Positions 61,739 to 64,000 of a DNA stretch of 64,000 nt are shown here, piece by piece. Each line of letters starts with the position of its first letter. Within the stretch, counting starts at the first letter, position 1. The translations under genes were made by a program, and so were the position numbers. The notes beneath the pieces are model-generated. The model saw only the letters and a program-made list of their open reading frames with translations. It had not been told where the DNA came from and did not search any database. The stretch is from an uncultured Actinomycetes bacterium (lineage in GTDB: Bacteria > Actinomycetota > Acidimicrobiia > IMCC26256 > DASPTH01): NCBI GenBank assembly GCA_963697125.1, contig CAVOMW010000006.1:79354-143353 (forward strand), in the 5' to 3' direction.

Positions 61739-62068
61739 TCACGGTGCACCGCAGAACGTGGCGTGGTCGGCGAGCGAGTCTACCGGGGCACTTTCGTCGC
61801 ACCAATCGAGATACTCGACCAGGTCGTGGGGGTCGGGTCGACCGTCGGCGCCGTACTGGGTCTCGAAGCGGAAGCGCAGGTAGTCGGGGTCGGGCAGCGG
61901 CAGGAACGGAGCCCGCGTCCACCATCGGCGCCGGGCCAGCCGCAGCGCCTGCTGGAGCGCGGTCCACCACAGTCGCGGGCGCGCCAGCACGAGCAGCGTG
62001 GCCCGCCACCAGAACGCCGGGCCGGGCAACGACACTCGTGGCAACGGGGGCGACGGCTCGTGCGTCAT
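61739..62068 (-). CDS. Hypothetical protein (Trp/Arg-rich, 109 aa)
   Basis: From Met81 of ORF 61739..62308: MTHEPSPPLP..FWWRATLLVLARPRLWWTALQQALRLARRRWW..DPDYLRFRFETQYG. Its stop TGA is embedded in the HNH Shine-Dalgarno sequence. Confidence 0.45.
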   Translation of the reverse strand: MTHEPSPPLPRVSLPGPAFWWRATLLVLARPRLWWTALQQALRLARRRWWTRAPFLPLPDPDYLRFRFETQYGADGRPDPHDLVEYLDWCDESAPVDSLADHATFCGAP

Positions 62069-62158
62069 GTGTGCGCACGGTACCCGGCTCCGGCGTCGAC
62101 CCCGTGTTGACGCTGAGCACACAAGGCGCTCTGGTACCGTCGTGAGCCCGCTCTGGAG

Positions 62159-63146
62159 GTGTTCGTGGTTCAGCCCGCCACCGCGCCGAGCCGCGACTCG
62201 TCGTTCGGCCGCCTGTTCTCCGCCCTGCTCGGCAACGTCGAGCGCGTCATCCAGGGCAAGCGTGAGCAGGTGCACCTCGCACTCGTGTGCCTCCTCGCCG
62301 AGGGCCACCTCCTCATCGAGGACGTCCCCGGCGTGGGCAAGACCTCGCTGGCCAAGGCGATCGCGGCGTCGATCGGCGGCACCTGCACCGCATCCAGTTC
62401 ACGCCCGACCTCCTCCCGTCCGACGTGACCGGCGTGTCGGTGTGGAACCGCGCCGCCGACGAGTTCCAGTTCCGCCCCGGTGGCGTCTTCGCCAACGTCG
62501 CTGCTGGCCGACGAGATCAACCGCGCCTCCCCCAAGACGCAGTCGGCGTTGCTCGAGGCGATGGAGGAGCGCCAGGTCACCGTCGACGCCCACACCTACC
62601 GGCTGCCGCGGCCGTTCATGGTGATCGCCACCCAGAACCCGATCGAGCTCGAGGGCACCTATCCCCTTCCCGAGGCCCAGCTCGACCGCTTCCTGATGCG
62701 CCTGCCCATGGGCTATCCCGCCCGCGACGCCGAGGCGGCCATCCTCGACTCGCAGGGCGAGCCCAACGCGTCGGTCGACTCCCTCTCGGCGGTCGTGTCC
62801 GCCATCGACGTCGCCGAGGCCGCGTCGATGGTGCCGTCGGTGCACGTGGCGCCGGAGGTGCGCGACTACGTGCTCGACGTCGTCGCCGCGATCGCGCCGT
62901 CATCCCGATCTGATGCTCGGCGCGAGCCCGCGTGGATCCCTCTCGTTGCAGCGCGCCGCACGCGCGCTGGCCGCCAGCTTCGGCCGCAACTACGTGCTCC
63001 CCGACGACGTGAAGCGGGTGGCACCGTCGGTGCTCGAACACCGGCTGATCCTCGCGCCCGACGCCCAACTGCGGGGCGTGAGCGCCGACGACGTCGTGCG
63101 CGGGATCCTGGCATCGGTCTCGGTGCCGGGCGCCACCGGCGTCTGA
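62159..63146 (+). CDS. moxR: MoxR-family AAA+ ATPase
   Basis: [19 protein letters not shown] (Walker A), [40 protein letters not shown] (Walker B/sensor), [16 protein letters not shown]. Spread over 4 ORF-track entries with at least 3 frame breaks. Confidence 0.9.
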
Positions 63147-63170
63147 GCAGCAGCCCGACGTGACCGCGCC

Positions 63171-64000
63171 GTGATGCGTCTGCCCGTCGTCCCGGTCGTT
63201 CCCGACGCGGGGACCCGCACCACCACGCTCACCCGTCGGGGTTGGTCGCTCACCGGTGCCGCCTTCGGCCTGGTGATCGGCAGCTACCTGCTGGGCACGA
63301 GCGAGATGCTGGTGGTGGGGATCGCCGCGCTGGTGCTGGTGGTCGGCGGCGGCGGGCTGGCTGCGGTTCCAGGCCCCGCCCACGCTGGCGGTGAGCCGGC
63401 GCGTGCACCCCGACCGGCTGCACGTCGGGTCGGAGGGTCGCATCGACCTGCTGGTCGAGAACCTCGGCACCCGCGGCCACTCCCCTGCTCGCGGCCACCG
63501 ACTGGTTCGACGAAGGCCGCCGTGCCGCGCGGTTCCTCGTGCCGCCGCTCGCGGCCGGGGCGACGGCGCGCGCCGCGTACCGCATCCCGACGCGACGGCG
63601 CGGCCGGTACCGCGTCGGTCCGCTCGCGATCGCGGTCACCGATCCGTTCGGCGTGGCCCGCCGCAGCGAACCCAGCGCGGGTGAGGCCGAGCTCGTCGTG
63701 CGACCGCGCGTCCACGACATCGTCGCTCCGGTCGCCGTCGGGAGCCGCATCAGCGCCGAGCACGAGGCCAGTGCGGCGCGCGCGGTCGTGAGCGACCTCG
63801 GTGACGAGTTCGTCACGTTGCGCGACTACGAGCTCGGCGACGATCTGCGCCGCGTGCACTGGCGCTCGACCGCGCGCACCGGTGAGCTGATGATCCGCCA
63901 GGACGAAGCGCGCTGGCGCTCGCGCGCCGCGGTCGTGCTCGACGTGCAGCCGGGCGCCCACGACGCGGCGTCGTTCGAGGTCGCGGTCGAGGCCGCGGCG
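63171..64000 (+). CDS. DUF58-domain protein (MoxR partner), runs off the right edge
   Basis: N-terminal TMs (LTGAAFGLVIGSYLL..), then FVTLRDYELGDDLRRVHWRSTARTGELMIRQDE (DUF58 signature) near 63800-63900. At least 2 frame breaks. Open at the window end. Confidence 0.8.

Noticed and set aside
61233-63146. HNH endonuclease plus MoxR AAA+ ATPase as a novel defence module
   Set aside because: The small HNH protein is on the opposite strand to moxR and is separated from it by another gene. moxR-DUF58 is a very common housekeeping-type operon. Nothing in the sequence links the two functionally.

Overview
64-kb high-GC (about 70% by eye) actinobacterial chromosomal core segment. No rRNA, tRNA or CRISPR array was seen.

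Gene order, left to right:
- secF(partial)/secD/yajC, then a degenerate SecD-head paralogue.
- ruvB-ruvA-ruvC, with a perfect LexA box at the ruvC start.
- A coxG/mocA-like pair, a PPOX-family gene, yebC, pdxT/pdxS, a DUF3048 lipoprotein, htpX and lemA.
- The PI/PIM lipid operon (pimA, patA-like, pgsA).
- An EF-G2 paralogue, a HIT gene, thrS, mshC and npdG.
- A DUF559 cassette, then dnaE and a phosphatase-family gene.
- Rrf2 plus a histidine kinase/OmpR pair, then rluD, lspA, a DksA-like gene and ileS.
- The complete dcw/division cluster on the minus strand: divIVA, yggT, sepF, yggS, pgeF, ftsZ, ftsQ, murB, murC, murG, ftsW, murD, mraY, murF, murE, ftsI, ftsL, rsmH, mraZ.
- A split PEP-utilising/ATP-grasp phosphotransferase carrying a cNMP-binding domain, an HNH endonuclease, moxR and DUF58(partial).

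Major caveat: about 34 of roughly 60 genes, most of them essential, are broken by 1-nt frame shifts. These breaks are very unevenly distributed. Many ORF-track entries are therefore chimeric. I rebuilt gene models by following conserved peptides across frames, so boundaries near breaks are approximate.

Most interesting observations:
1. A 49-nt palindromic repeat family with three copies. Two copies form terminal inverted repeats around the single DUF559/AbiEi-like gene, which is wedged between npdG and dnaE. The third copy is inserted in-frame inside a mocA-like gene.
2. A two-gene, domain-swapped PEP-synthase/rifampicin-phosphotransferase-like enzyme linked or fused to a cyclic-nucleotide-binding domain.
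3. A frame-scrambled SecD periplasmic-head paralogue between ruvB and yajC.
4. Candidate cis-RNAs: a T-box-like leader upstream of ileS and an 86-nt hairpin in the mraZ-rsmH spacer.

I found no clear multi-gene defence or other novel system. The rest of the window is conserved housekeeping synteny.
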